From: a virus
Lineage: Duplodnaviria; Caudoviricetes
Reading direction: 5' to 3' (one strand)
Length of the DNA stretch: 58,866 bases
IMG/VR virus record: IMGVR_UViG_3300014656_000032
Span: 1-58,866 of that record
Shown: positions 43,016 to 53,428 of the stretch, in pieces
Numbering within the stretch: position 1 is the stretch's first letter
How the letters are laid out: each line of letters starts with the position of its first letter
The notes under the pieces: generated by a model
What the model was told of the DNA's origin: nothing
Database searches by the model: none
What the model saw: the letters and a program-made list of their open reading frames with translations, nothing else
Translations under genes and position numbers: made by a program

Positions 43016-44745
43016 GTTTCACCCCTACCTTCCAACTGCTTCACCCGCAAATTCAGCCTTTGGATTTCAGACAGCATTGCTGTTACGAGTTGCTTCCCGT
43101 AATGAACCCCGGCCACTCTCTTAGTCCCGTCTTCCAGGTCATCGTAGAACACAAGATCCGGACTTACCTTCTCTGCTTCTTCGGCTATCAGTCCGTACTG
43201 TGTGAACCCAACGCCCTTGTTGATGTATCCGCCCTTGTCGTCCTGCCTTTTCGGCTCGTACTGTACCGGCCTTAACGAGTATATCCAGGACGTGTCCGGA
43301 ATGTCGATCACGTTCATCTTGCCAACGATAGAAGACGAATCGTATCCGAGCACTCCAGTATTCGCAATAAGCAGATCGCGATAGGTAGCCCCGTTCAGAT
43401 CCTTACTGTAACTGCCCAGAAACCCGACATCCCCGCTTGATACATACACCGCCCAGTTCTTGGTTGCCTCTGTTGGAGCCGCCTGAATCCACAGAGTCGC
43501 TGCTGCAGCAATCGTATCGGTTGCGCCCTTCGTTATATCCGGCTCGTCGAGAAACAACTGCGCCACTTTCTGTATCGTTTCGCTGTTGTTCTGCGTGTTT
43601 ATGTTGTCGGTAAGATATGTTCCCGCCTGAGTCCCTGTCGATCCGTTGCCGGCAGTCAGGGTTCGCGTTGTCAGAGTTCCCGCCAGGGTTCCGCTGCCTG
43701 CGGAAGTGAAGGATCCTGAAAAATAATGAACATAATTGGAATCGGCCGATCCTCCGAATCCGATATGCCCCTTCTCGCCATCCACGATAAACGCCGATGT
43801 CTTCGTGTCGGATTCCACTCTGAAATCGACATCCGCCCCGACTTCATTGACGACAACCCCGCCGTTCAGCGTGACAGGCCCTGTAAATGTCGGGCTGGTA
43901 TCGAGAACAACAGAACCCGTTCCCGTCTTGGTTGTCACTCCGGTGCCGCCGTCTGCAACTGCAAGAGTCCCGGTTATGCTCGACGCCCCGAGATCTATTG
44001 CCAACTCCGTGCTTTCGATCACAAGGCCCCCGTTGGCCTTTAGATCCATTGACAGTGTCGCTATGCCGGACGCCAACGACACGTCCAGCCCGTTGCCGGC
44101 AACGATGCTTGCGACTGTAAACGTTACCCATGCGGCTCCGTTGTAGGCTTTCATCACGGATGATGCAGTGTTCCAGTAGATCGCCCCGGAAGTGAGAGCG
44201 TCCCCGTCATTGTCCAGTGTGGGATCTGACGACTTCGCTCCTAGATACCGATCGTCGAAACTGTCCAGGGACGCAGCAGCACTCACGGCAGATGCCGCCG
44301 CCGCTGCCGCAGACGCCGCGGCAGCGTTCGCGCTCGCTACGGAATTGGCTATCATGTGAAAATAACCGGTGGTTGAACTGTACCTGAGATCGATCGGGAC
44401 ACCTTCATTGATGTCTCCGGCAGTCGGGTTTTCGGACGCCGCGGTCTTGATCGCCTTCACACCGAGACTGTTGACATTTATGGTGCTCGCCCCGGTATTG
44501 CTGTTCCCCGGCTTCATCACGACTTGAAGCCCGTCTACATAACTTGACGGGGCCTGGGTGAGAGTAACGATATAGGCGTTTGCAGCGCCGGAATCGGCGG
44601 CGAAATTGATAACCCCGTGCTTTATATCGCTTTCGTCCGGAAGCAGGGCAAAGGCGGTGGCGGTGGCGGCATCAAGGTTGTTCAGATCGGAGGCTTTTGC
44701 CAGAGATCCAGCTGTGACATCTGTCGGAGAGTTGAACGTACTCAT
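43003..44745 (-). CDS. Tail fibre with C-terminal intramolecular chaperone (peptidase S74-like)
   Basis: DSGAANAY, NTGASTINVN.LG, FDDRYLGAKSSDPTLDNDG, VADGGTG; C-terminal SS...K.NV...LRPV.Y...GLIAEE...P.LV plus coiled coil. Confidence 0.88.
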   Translation of the reverse strand: MSTFNSPTDVTAGSLAKASDLNNLDAATATAFALLPDESDIKHGVINFAADSGAANAYIVTLTQAPSSYVDGLQVVMKPGNSNTGASTINVNSLGVKAIKTAASENPTAGDINEGVPIDLRYSSTTGYFHMIANSVASANAAAASAAAAAASAVSAAASLDSFDDRYLGAKSSDPTLDNDGDALTSGAIYWNTASSVMKAYNGAAWVTFTVASIVAGNGLDVSLASGIATLSMDLKANGGLVIESTELAIDLGASSITGTLAVADGGTGVTTKTGTGSVVLDTSPTFTGPVTLNGGVVVNEVGADVDFRVESDTKTSAFIVDGEKGHIGFGGSADSNYVHYFSGSFTSAGSGTLAGTLTTRTLTAGNGSTGTQAGTYLTDNINTQNNSETIQKVAQLFLDEPDITKGATDTIAAAATLWIQAAPTEATKNWAVYVSSGDVGFLGSYSKDLNGATYRDLLIANTGVLGYDSSSIVGKMNVIDIPDTSWIYSLRPVQYEPKRQDDKGGYINKGVGFTQYGLIAEEAEKVSPDLVFYDDLEDGTKRVAGVHYGKQLVTAMLSEIQRLNLRVKQLEGRGETWDY

Positions 44746-46796
44746 CTAACAAGTCTCCTTTTTGTATGGTGTATGATAACACCATCGAATCTATGCCCTA
44801 GATCCTCGTCCGACTTACTGTAGAGGATAATACTGATGTTTCTGCCGCTGCCGGATATCGACAGTGACGGACTGGCAACAACGTCGCTGTCGTAATAGAA
44901 TTCATCCCATCCAACGAGATTCCAAAACCCGCCCAACCCCTGGATCGGTACAGTCTCATTGATGTGCGTCTGTATGTCCGAGTCTCCATAGCTGAACATG
45001 GCGCTCAACCTGACTTCCGTGTAGCCGGAAGAGTCCATTTCAATAATCGCTCTGCGGTATGTTTTCCTGATGGTGGGCGATCTGGAGTTGTTGAACGCTG
45101 TAAACATGAACGCCTCGATATCTTCTCCGTCGAAGCTCGATCCTTTATCGGCCTGGTAAACCATTCCCTGGTCAGACCCGAAAAAGATCACGTCCTTACC
45201 CGTAGAATCCTCGCCTGTCACAACGCACGCCACTTTGTCAGGATATAGAAACGGGCAGAAATGGTATTCGATACCATCTCTGCCAACCACGAGCGTCATG
45301 CAGATGCCGGTTCCGTCGCTTCCATAAAGCCTGTACTGGTTCTTGTGCTTATACACCGAAGACGCTACGACTACTGTTCTCATATTGTCTATGAGAGATT
45401 GGATCTTACGGCTGATAGCCCCGCTGTTGAAATTGCCGTATTGATCCGTTCGTACAGTGTCAACAATGCCCTGGTCGTCAAGCGCATAGGCGTTTCCAAG
45501 CGCCTGCATGGTGTACGGAATGGCTCCCATCGTGTTATCTATCGGATCCAGAAAGAAGGTGTCAACTCCGTCTCCCTGAAGTTGGAAGCACGAATTCCTG
45601 GCGTTTATCAGGAGTGTTTCTGCAACAACCAGGTATCCTGTTATGTTGTCTCCGAGCCCTATCTCCGAAGCCCCGACCACAGGCTCCCACTGGTAGGGAG
45701 TTCCAACCCCGGAGTTCTGAGACGATCCTCTGAACGAGAAGAAAAGCTGTTGCTTGTAGCACTTGACATGAAGCGGCTTGTCTACGGTCATCCCGGTGTT
45801 TATCGGAACGTAAACGGTCCCGTCGAACTCGAACCCCCTGTTTACTCCGTCGCACCCGTATATCCTGCGGGTATCCGTGCTGCCTGTGAAGTTGAACACG
45901 TCGAATTCATACCGCCCGCCTGCGGCGATCGTGATGGCAGTAGCCAGGCTCGTCGATGTTGCCTTTGTAACGCCGCCCACCTGGATGTCGTTTGTCGCAT
46001 CGAACGTGCCTGTGATTGTAGACAGTATCAACCTGCCCGCCGCGTCACCGCCCGCCCACGTGCCGGATTCCAACACGACCCGGCTGGCAACCGCGGTTGC
46101 CCCGCTCACAAGTTGCGTGATGGCGTTTCCGTCCGATATCTCTCCGGTTCCAGCACCGAAACTGATCTCATGCAGAAGCGCAACCGCCGTCCATCCGCTT
46201 GTGGACTGTTTGTATATCGCCCCGAATGTCCCGGCGGCATTGTCGATAAAGCAGTACAAAACCCCGTTCAGGATAGCCAGCCCGCGAACAGCACCGCTTC
46301 CTGTCGGCGCTGCTATATCGGCCCTGTATACATCGGCTGTAAGATTAAGGGCTGCCGCGTGAAGTTGCGAAGTCGTCTGTCCGTTTTCTACCTGGGCGGC
46401 TGTAAACGTGCCCTTGGCAACCCCTCCTACCTTGAACACCTCGTTTGCCGTCAATGATCCCGACAGTTTCGTCACGCAGATATAATCATCTCCGACGACA
46501 ATCACCACGGCCGTCTCGCCGCTGTCTGCACCGGTTATGGTGTTGCCGACTGCCGGACCCCCGGCTGTGAACGTGCACGGACAATAGTAGTAAGAAGCTG
46601 ACGACGGCGACGTTCTTCCGTCGAACCGCTCGTAGCCGTCTATGCGTTCATACCCGCCCTCCACGCCGGGAACGTAATTATTGGCGGCCAGCAGCTTGCC
46701 GGGATCCATTATGATGGCCGGAGATTCCAAGTCAATACCGCCCCTGAACCGAGTGTATTCCGTATTGACTTTCACATTATGAAGCATCGTCGTCAT
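44742..46796 (-). CDS. Tail tube/nozzle (head-stabilisation-type) protein
   Basis: GGIDL..P, GGYERIDGYERFDG; beta-rich; follows the adaptor. Confidence 0.75.
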   Translation of the reverse strand: MTTMLHNVKVNTEYTRFRGGIDLESPAIIMDPGKLLAANNYVPGVEGGYERIDGYERFDGRTSPSSASYYYCPCTFTAGGPAVGNTITGADSGETAVVIVVGDDYICVTKLSGSLTANEVFKVGGVAKGTFTAAQVENGQTTSQLHAAALNLTADVYRADIAAPTGSGAVRGLAILNGVLYCFIDNAAGTFGAIYKQSTSGWTAVALLHEISFGAGTGEISDGNAITQLVSGATAVASRVVLESGTWAGGDAAGRLILSTITGTFDATNDIQVGGVTKATSTSLATAITIAAGGRYEFDVFNFTGSTDTRRIYGCDGVNRGFEFDGTVYVPINTGMTVDKPLHVKCYKQQLFFSFRGSSQNSGVGTPYQWEPVVGASEIGLGDNITGYLVVAETLLINARNSCFQLQGDGVDTFFLDPIDNTMGAIPYTMQALGNAYALDDQGIVDTVRTDQYGNFNSGAISRKIQSLIDNMRTVVVASSVYKHKNQYRLYGSDGTGICMTLVVGRDGIEYHFCPFLYPDKVACVVTGEDSTGKDVIFFGSDQGMVYQADKGSSFDGEDIEAFMFTAFNNSRSPTIRKTYRRAIIEMDSSGYTEVRLSAMFSYGDSDIQTHINETVPIQGLGGFWNLVGWDEFYYDSDVVASPSLSISGSGRNISIILYSKSDEDLGHRFDGVIIHHTKRRLVR

Positions 46797-47461
46797 GCAA
46801 GTGGATCTCCGTACCCGAGATCGTCCAGTTCGCTCGCGTCCATCTGGCGCTTCAACCGTCTAAATTCGTTCTGCCCGTGAGAATACCGCTCATCAGCAGC
46901 TTCATACCCGCCATAGTACATTAAGGCCCTCCATACAATGGCGAGATGAAACCGTTCGTGGAAGATCGGCACATCGCTGTTCGCCTCCATCACGTCTGCG
47001 GACTTGTAATACTCTCCGTCGATCGTATACACATCGTCCGGAATCTGCCACAATGCAAGGCTGTTATCCGGCTTGACGGTGACGACGCTCGGCCTGCCCT
47101 CTGAACTCCTGTTATTGCCGAACTTGTAATTGACTCTGAAATCGCTCCAGGGAAGATAATGCAGGAACTGCTCGTCGGATTCGGAATCATACACCCGCAT
47201 ATCCTGCCTGCGCCACACAGCAAGATCTGTAATGCTCACCGCTGCCGGGGTATACTCCTGGGTGCTGGCTATGGTGGAGAAACTAAACTCGGCGCGTAGA
47301 AACCGCCACGTCTTATGGGCGTTCTGGATGTCTTCGTAGGCGGCCGTAATCCAGTCTACAAGCCTGAGATATTCCCCCGTCTGTCCGGTAACCGCGGAAG
47401 GCCCGGTACCAGACACGCCGGCCTCCTTCCGCAACCTCTGGCACAATTGAAGGAACGTCAT
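46793..47461 (-). CDS. Head-tail adaptor protein
   Basis: MTFLQLCQRL..E.G...W.FLR...G.P...W..PD..YT...Y...P...RFH.AIV. Confidence 0.8.
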   Translation of the reverse strand: MTFLQLCQRLRKEAGVSGTGPSAVTGQTGEYLRLVDWITAAYEDIQNAHKTWRFLRAEFSFSTIASTQEYTPAAVSITDLAVWRRQDMRVYDSESDEQFLHYLPWSDFRVNYKFGNNRSSEGRPSVVTVKPDNSLALWQIPDDVYTIDGEYYKSADVMEANSDVPIFHERFHLAIVWRALMYYGGYEAADERYSHGQNEFRRLKRQMDASELDDLGYGDPLA

Positions 47462-47470
47462 ATTGCCACC

Positions 47471-48055
47471 TCACGGCTGCGCTTGGATGTTTCTCACCCA
47501 TGCGAAACCCCTGGGATCCGGATCGTGATTTATCTGGAACGGATATGCAACCGACGTCATGGGAACCAACTCGATATCCGTAAGATCGTTCTGATTGGTC
47601 CTCTGCGTATAGGTTGTGGTACGAGATCTTGCCAGGACTTCCAGGTACTTGCGTTTTATCTTGCTCGATACGCCCCGTACAACGGCCTGGTTAATACCGT
47701 TCACTGTAAAAACAACCACGGGCAGATCTTCTTCCGAACGGCCTGGAGAAATCGTAATGTCAACCAGCTGGTTCATGAACTCGGCCAGCTCGATGTCCTT
47801 TGCTGGGTTTTCAGATACCCTTTCTACCGGCTTTCCCCTGCCTATCTCCGATATCTGCATCGGGCTTTCCTGGCCGGATTCGTACATCTCCATCATCTTG
47901 GACACGCGCTCCCTCTCTGCCCGAAGGGCCTTCATGTCCTCCTCGATGTCCTTTCTCATGGCGGCCAACTGCTCGGCGGTCTTCTCCTGAGCGGCTTTCT
48001 GCCTGTCAAGATCCTTCTGCAAGGATTCGATCCTCTTTTCCTCTTCTGATTTCAT
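47471..48055 (-). CDS. Conserved head-module hypothetical protein
   Basis: V..TVNG......RG....IKRKYLEVLARS...YPF. Confidence 0.7.
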   Translation of the reverse strand: MKSEEEKRIESLQKDLDRQKAAQEKTAEQLAAMRKDIEEDMKALRAERERVSKMMEMYESGQESPMQISEIGRGKPVERVSENPAKDIELAEFMNQLVDITISPGRSEEDLPVVVFTVNGINQAVVRGVSSKIKRKYLEVLARSRTTTYTQRTNQNDLTDIELVPMTSVAYPFQINHDPDPRGFAWVRNIQAQP

Positions 48056-48069
48056 ATTATCCCCTATTC

Positions 48070-48096
48070 AAGCAGGGGTCTTGCCGACCCCTGCTT
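48070..48096. terminator. Intergenic hairpin after the head genes
   Basis: AAGCAGGGGTC-TTGCC-GACCCCTGCTT 11-bp stem; no U tract on the coding strand. Confidence 0.5.
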
Positions 48097-48102
48097 CTTG
48101 GT

Positions 48103-48579
48103 TTACGAAACTATCGGCGCTGCGGGAACGGCAAGAATGTCCGTGTAGGTGGACGTTATGCCCGTTGCGTCGAAATCCGTGGTTGCGGCGGTGAACGTGT
48201 ACCCGGACGCTGTGACAACCTTCACGTACCCTATCGGGCACGTGTTCGCGGTGGGCTGCGGAAACGTCAGCGGCGTCTTACCGCTCGTAATGTCGGCGGT
48301 GGTCACTGCGGTGCCCTTAACCGTTGACAGGGTTCCGCTCGAATCCAGACACACAAGATAGATGCACGTTGTCAGCGCGGCCTGTGCTGCTGCGGCAGTC
48401 ACCGCGACAGTCGCGTCGTCGGCCAGATGATACATCACCCCGTTGATCGCGTAGTCAACACCGGCTCCGTTCGGCGCTGCTATCGACAGTTCTGCAGGAG
48501 TGCTGCCGATACCCAACCCGGCCTTCGACAGGCACATAGTCCCGCCCCTAATCATCTCACTGTTGGCATTAATGGTCAT
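48103..48579 (-). CDS. Putative capsid decoration protein
   Basis: CLSKAGLGIG...YAING..Y...CPIGYVKV; downstream of the MCP. Confidence 0.65.
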   Translation of the reverse strand: MTINANSEMIRGGTMCLSKAGLGIGSTPAELSIAAPNGAGVDYAINGVMYHLADDATVAVTAAAAQAALTTCIYLVCLDSSGTLSTVKGTAVTTADITSGKTPLTFPQPTANTCPIGYVKVVTASGYTFTAATTDFDATGITSTYTDILAVPAAPIVS

Positions 48580-48588
48580 TGTGTCACC

Positions 48589-49032
48589 TCATTCGCCTTT
48601 CTCTTCGGGAATGAACTTCTCGTAGAGTTCAAAATGGTTTTCAGTCAGTTTCCCGCTCTTGTCCAGAGACTCCAGAGCGGACACGATCAGGCCGGTAACA
48701 GTCTTGCCGATGTCGAACTCCTTGGAAGGAACGGCCTCTTCCATCTCAAACGCCTCCGGATTCTTCGCCACCATCTTCTCGACGAAGTCAGGCGTGGTAA
48801 CCAGCAAGTCCGGCGATACCTCAACGATATCCCCCGTCGCCTTGTTGACATAGACATGCTGATTCCATCTCACCTGGGTGTCGGTGTTTCGGAAACAAAG
48901 CCTTCTGTTCTCCTCCTCGTCGAAGGATAAAGCCTCTTTCGTCTTCCGAAGCAGCTTGAGATTCTGATACGAACCTTCCTTTGGTAGAACACCGTTCAAT
49001 AAAATTATCCGATCCAATACGCTCAGTAACAT
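48589..49032 (-). CDS. Hypothetical protein, possible fibre chaperone
   Basis: LSVLDRIILL..LPKEG...L...LSF.EEE; follows the long fibre-like gene. Confidence 0.55.
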   Translation of the reverse strand: MLLSVLDRIILLNGVLPKEGSYQNLKLLRKTKEALSFDEEENRRLCFRNTDTQVRWNQHVYVNKATGDIVEVSPDLLVTTPDFVEKMVAKNPEAFEMEEAVPSKEFDIGKTVTGLIVSALESLDKSGKLTENHFELYEKFIPEEKGE

Positions 49033-49134
49033 GATAATACCTCCTGTAGTATTCCTGGTTGTTAATCGCGGGAAAGCCTGCCAGGAACAAGCCTTGTCGA
49101 GCCATGGACCCTATCCCGCGATCTGTGAACCTGT

Positions 49135-52100
49135 TTAGTTTGATTCTCCGGCAGCCAACATCAGGTAATACGGAGTTGTGCCAACCAGAATTCTCAGAGT
49201 TGCAGCGGCAATAACATCCGCACCGGCAGAGTAAATATTGCCGGTACCCTCATTGAGTCCCTTGATAATCATCAGGTACCCTGTATCTTCCCAGTCTGCC
49301 GTTGCCGTACTGTTACCCGACACCTGCATCCACTGGAAGGCCACAGGCGCCCCGCCTGTCAGCCCGTTTGCCTGGGTGACCAGTTCAATCTCCAGCACAC
49401 CGTAACTGCCGACGCCCGCAAGCGACGCCCCGGGCAACAGCATTTCGGCAACGATCGCAGACCCGAGACCGCTCACGCTGCAGGAGTTACCCATGTTGAA
49501 GTAACCCTTGAGAGCGTTCGCCCAACCGCCAAGAGCCACGTTGGATGTCATCTCGAATTCAGCCCGCCCGCCTACAGCGCCCGGACCCGTCAGCGTGCTT
49601 ACCATGTGAATCGGCCTGACCGAGTTTCCGGTCGCCGCCGTGGTGGTGATGACTTCGAGCGCATGATCGTCGTTTGCCGCCAGGGTTTGGGTAATCCCGA
49701 TTCCTGCAGTCGCCGACGCGCCCGTGATGTAAATGCCGTGCGTGCTCGCCCCTGCAATCGCAATCCCGGTGGTGACGGTTCCTGACACGTTGATGCCTGT
49801 CGTGCAGGCCCCTATGTCAATTCCCGTCGTGGTGTTGTTGATGTCAATGCCGACTTTCCAGTCTGTAATGGTTCCGGCAGTGTCGATCCAGATGGCGGCA
49901 CAATCACCGGTCTGAGTCACTATACCGGTACCCCCGTCGCCAGCCGTCAGCTCGCAGTGCAGGCCGCACAACCTTCCGCTGGCGTCAACCACCAGGGTAG
50001 CACCGTCTGCCACCTCGATCGACGAATCAATCCCCGCCACCTTGCCGCCGGCCTGAACGTCATTGCCTGCCACGAATTCCAGATACCCCTGAACGCCGGC
50101 ATATACACCCGTAGCAAGATCAACGTCCGTGAGCATTTTCAGTTGGCCCATCAGGCTGCGAATACTTCCGCCTGACTGATCGACTGTCAACAGGGTTCTA
50201 CCCAGTACGTTCCGAACGCTGGCCCCGATGTTGTCACCGGAATCGTCGCACAGAAAAGCCGCGTTGTAATCGTTGGTGGAGGTTAGGATCACACCTCCAT
50301 CCGCCGTACTCTGATACGTCCCAGTTACTATCGAACTTCCTGCATATGCGGCGATGAACTGAAGACCTGTAGCCGCGTTCGTCTGGACATGCCCGATGTA
50401 GATGTTGTTCACAGCCGTTGCGCCTGCCAGATGGATGCCATTGGCAGAACACGCGGAACTGATGTGAATGCCGTCAGCCGGAGTGGTTCCTGAAATCAGA
50501 ATTCCGTCCGTCATCGCACCTGCCGACAACAGAATGCCTGTCGTGATGGCCGAGGCGGACAGCGTGATGCCAGTCGTAAAGGTTCCGGTGCCCTGCATCG
50601 TCAACCCGGACGTAACCACTCCGGTAGACGTACAGTTGATGTCCAGCCCGGCCCCAAGCGTGATTCCGGTAGGAACGGTTACCCGATGAGCAGCATCTGC
50701 AGCGGCGGTGGTTTCAAACAGGAATCCTATCACCTGATCGCCAGACACGTGAATCGCGTTCGCCGTGGTTGCACCTGAGATGTGAATACCGTCTGCGCTG
50801 GCTCCGGAAATTAAAAGCCCGTCCCCAGAACAGGCGGATGAAATCGTAATGCCCGTTGTCACCGTGGTTGCGGAGATCAAAATACCGGTGGTGATCGCAG
50901 TCGCCGACAGCGTAATGCCGGTGGTAAACGTCCCTGTGCCCTGCATGGTTAATCCGGATGTAACCACTCCGGTACTGGTACAGTTCATGTCTACGCCTGC
51001 ACCCAACGTAATGCCGGTAGGAACGGTAATCCTGTGCGCTGCGTCTGCGGCCGCCGTCGTCTCGAATAGAAATCCGACAACCTGATCCCCAGATACATGA
51101 ATTGCATTGGCTGTCGTCGCCCCGGACACATGAATGCCATCTGCGCTAGCCCCGGAAATCAAAATACCGTCTCCAGAACAGGCGGATGAGATCGTAATAC
51201 CGGTGGTAACCGTTGTGGCCGAGATCAATATTCCAGTGGTGATGGCCGTTGCCGACAGTGTAATACCGGTGGTGAAAGTGCCCGTACCCTGCATCGTCAA
51301 TCCCGAGGTGACTACTCCGGTACTCGTGGCGTTGATGTCAACGCCCGCTCCGAGCGTGATGCCCGTCGGGATCGTCACGCGGTGCGCTGCGTCTGCGGCG
51401 GCGGTGGTTGCAAACAACGTCCCGACAACCTGATCGCCTGAGATGTGCAGCCCGGTTGCCGTGTTGGCTCCCGAAATGTGAATGGCATCGGTGCAAATTC
51501 CGGTGATCGAAATACCGTCGGTTGCAGTCCCGGCCAGTAAAATACCGGTCGTGGTAGCCCCGGACACGTTGATGCCCGTGGTGGCCGCCCCGATGTCGAT
51601 ACCAATGGTACAGTTGTTGATGTCAACACCTACAGGCCAGTCTGTTACCGTTCCGGAATCTTCAATGTAGATCGCCGCGGTTTCACCGGCCCCTGCAATC
51701 GTGCCGGTGCCGGTTGTCTCGATACGAAGACCGGCCAGAACGCCGCCGCTGGCTACCGTGACAGTTCCGCCGAACTCGATGGAAACGTCCATGCCCGACA
51801 GGGTGGCCCCGCTCGATACCGCATGAGTACCGGCCAGTTCCAGATACCCTTGAACCGCTGTGTAAACACCGGTCGCCACGTCAATGCCGGTAAGCATCTT
51901 CAATTGCCCCATCACCGATCTGATGGAACCGGCAGACTGATCGAAGGTTAAAAGGGTTCTCCCGAGCAGGTTCCGAACACTCGCTCCGATATTGGCGCCC
52001 GAATCGTCTGCCAGGAACGCCGCGTTGTAATCGTTCCCGGACGTTAGCGTCACGCCTCCGTCCGCTGTGCTTTGGTAAGTTCCCGTCCTGATGGTGTGTC

Positions 52101-52275
52101 CCAGGTACCCATCGGCAAACACAATACCGTCTGCACCCTCCGCAACATTTCCAAACGTGATCGTCTTGAAAGTCGTCGGATCGTCATCGTTCAGAAACTT
52201 CGTGAACACTCCTCGCATGGCACGCCTCGCTCTCTGCGAAGGCGCCATGTCGATGTAACTCTGTATTTTTGCCAT
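49135..52275 (-). CDS. 1046-aa G/T/A/I-rich repeat protein, putative head fibre
   Basis: Immediately downstream of the MCP; many TTGIxI motifs; 348-bp internal repeats and a duplicated larger domain. Confidence 0.7.
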   Translation of the reverse strand: MAKIQSYIDMAPSQRARRAMRGVFTKFLNDDDPTTFKTITFGNVAEGADGIVFADGYLGHTIRTGTYQSTADGGVTLTSGNDYNAAFLADDSGANIGASVRNLLGRTLLTFDQSAGSIRSVMGQLKMLTGIDVATGVYTAVQGYLELAGTHAVSSGATLSGMDVSIEFGGTVTVASGGVLAGLRIETTGTGTIAGAGETAAIYIEDSGTVTDWPVGVDINNCTIGIDIGAATTGINVSGATTTGILLAGTATDGISITGICTDAIHISGANTATGLHISGDQVVGTLFATTAAADAAHRVTIPTGITLGAGVDINATSTGVVTSGLTMQGTGTFTTGITLSATAITTGILISATTVTTGITISSACSGDGILISGASADGIHVSGATTANAIHVSGDQVVGFLFETTAAADAAHRITVPTGITLGAGVDMNCTSTGVVTSGLTMQGTGTFTTGITLSATAITTGILISATTVTTGITISSACSGDGLLISGASADGIHISGATTANAIHVSGDQVIGFLFETTAAADAAHRVTVPTGITLGAGLDINCTSTGVVTSGLTMQGTGTFTTGITLSASAITTGILLSAGAMTDGILISGTTPADGIHISSACSANGIHLAGATAVNNIYIGHVQTNAATGLQFIAAYAGSSIVTGTYQSTADGGVILTSTNDYNAAFLCDDSGDNIGASVRNVLGRTLLTVDQSGGSIRSLMGQLKMLTDVDLATGVYAGVQGYLEFVAGNDVQAGGKVAGIDSSIEVADGATLVVDASGRLCGLHCELTAGDGGTGIVTQTGDCAAIWIDTAGTITDWKVGIDINNTTTGIDIGACTTGINVSGTVTTGIAIAGASTHGIYITGASATAGIGITQTLAANDDHALEVITTTAATGNSVRPIHMVSTLTGPGAVGGRAEFEMTSNVALGGWANALKGYFNMGNSCSVSGLGSAIVAEMLLPGASLAGVGSYGVLEIELVTQANGLTGGAPVAFQWMQVSGNSTATADWEDTGYLMIIKGLNEGTGNIYSAGADVIAAATLRILVGTTPYYLMLAAGESN

Positions 52276-52374
52276 TGCTCTTCTCCTTCAATGCCGCGGA
52301 TGATTCACGCGGTCTTTTCTTTCAGCCGGACGAGCATACCCGGCATCTGCTTAATCTGTAGTTATTCCAGGTTG

Positions 52375-53415
52375 TTAACCGGCGATATTGGTAACCCCTG
52401 CCTCGATTCTTGTCATCCAGTTGTCGTTCAGCCTAACGCTCTGAGTCCAGAAGTCGGCGCCGACGTACCCGAACATGCCGCTCGGGTTCGCGTGGGAAAT
52501 CGTCCGTGAAGATAAGATCGTCGGTCTTATGGACGAATAACCGCGCCCCTTGAGCGATACCTGGCCCCATGCGTCTGCAGCTGTTACGATTGCCGGATAA
52601 ACGTCAACATTGGCGCTCCCTGCGGAAACCATCCCGTTGAGAGTTGCGGATCCACTCGCCAACCAGGGTGCAAGCAGTGGCGACGTTATGATCCGGAAAT
52701 CCTCAATCGCTGCCTCTTCTCTCGGGTGGACAGGCTTGATTGCAGTCCCGTAGTCAACACGCTTGGTAATTCCCGGGACGTCCCGAATATCCGCCATCAT
52801 GTCCGTATGGACAAACACAATGTAGGATCTCTCAACAGACGAGGTCCCGAAATTGGGTCCGGGCTTTACCGCTTCGGTAATCTTCCGTCCCCGGTTGCTC
52901 TCCATAGTCCTTGCTGCCAGCCTGAAATCGTTCAGGCTGATGGCGGTGTTCACGGCGTCCCTGCTCTCTCCGTTGGAGTAGATCACCGACGGGCCGGTCT
53001 TAAGCTGCCCGTAACAGACCAGTTCCGCCACCTCGGCCAGCGTCTCGCCGGATTGTTTATACATGTCTTTAGGAATATCGTCCTCGTACATCTCCTCGGC
53101 CTTGCTGGAGAACTTGAACAGAACTGCATAGTGGTTCAGGGTAACCGACACGTCAGTATAACTGATCGTGTGGGCCGTAGGCGTCACGCCCTCTGCCGTC
53201 AGGAAATCGGTTGCCGTGATATTCGGCACCTCGGTTGCGGTCGCATTGAACGGCTTCAAACGCCGGAATACGATGGTATCGGTCTTTCTCTTGGGATGCT
53301 CTTTCTGGGTGCCAAACATTGTTAGAACCTGAATGGGCTCCGCATACTTCAGCATCTTCGCCTCGGCAACGATCAGGTTTCTGCTTGCTACAGTTCCATA
53401 TTGCTGAATAGCCAT
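52375..53415 (-). CDS. Major capsid protein (N4-gp56 family)
   Basis: FG..K.HPK..TDTIVFRR, LTAEGVTP, DVYP.IV.A.DAWG.V.LKG, P.G..GYVG..FW. Confidence 0.92.
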   Translation of the reverse strand: MAIQQYGTVASRNLIVAEAKMLKYAEPIQVLTMFGTQKEHPKRKTDTIVFRRLKPFNATATEVPNITATDFLTAEGVTPTAHTISYTDVSVTLNHYAVLFKFSSKAEEMYEDDIPKDMYKQSGETLAEVAELVCYGQLKTGPSVIYSNGESRDAVNTAISLNDFRLAARTMESNRGRKITEAVKPGPNFGTSSVERSYIVFVHTDMMADIRDVPGITKRVDYGTAIKPVHPREEAAIEDFRIITSPLLAPWLASGSATLNGMVSAGSANVDVYPAIVTAADAWGQVSLKGRGYSSIRPTILSSRTISHANPSGMFGYVGADFWTQSVRLNDNWMTRIEAGVTNIAG

Positions 53416-53428
53416 GATATACCTCTCT

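Noticed and set aside
45261-46457. Long plus-strand ORF (398 aa) and similar antisense ORFs across the late arm (for example 27307..28146, 36828..37568, 47315..48049, 8779..9660)
   Set aside because: Shadow frames of well-supported minus-strand genes with no recognisable motifs
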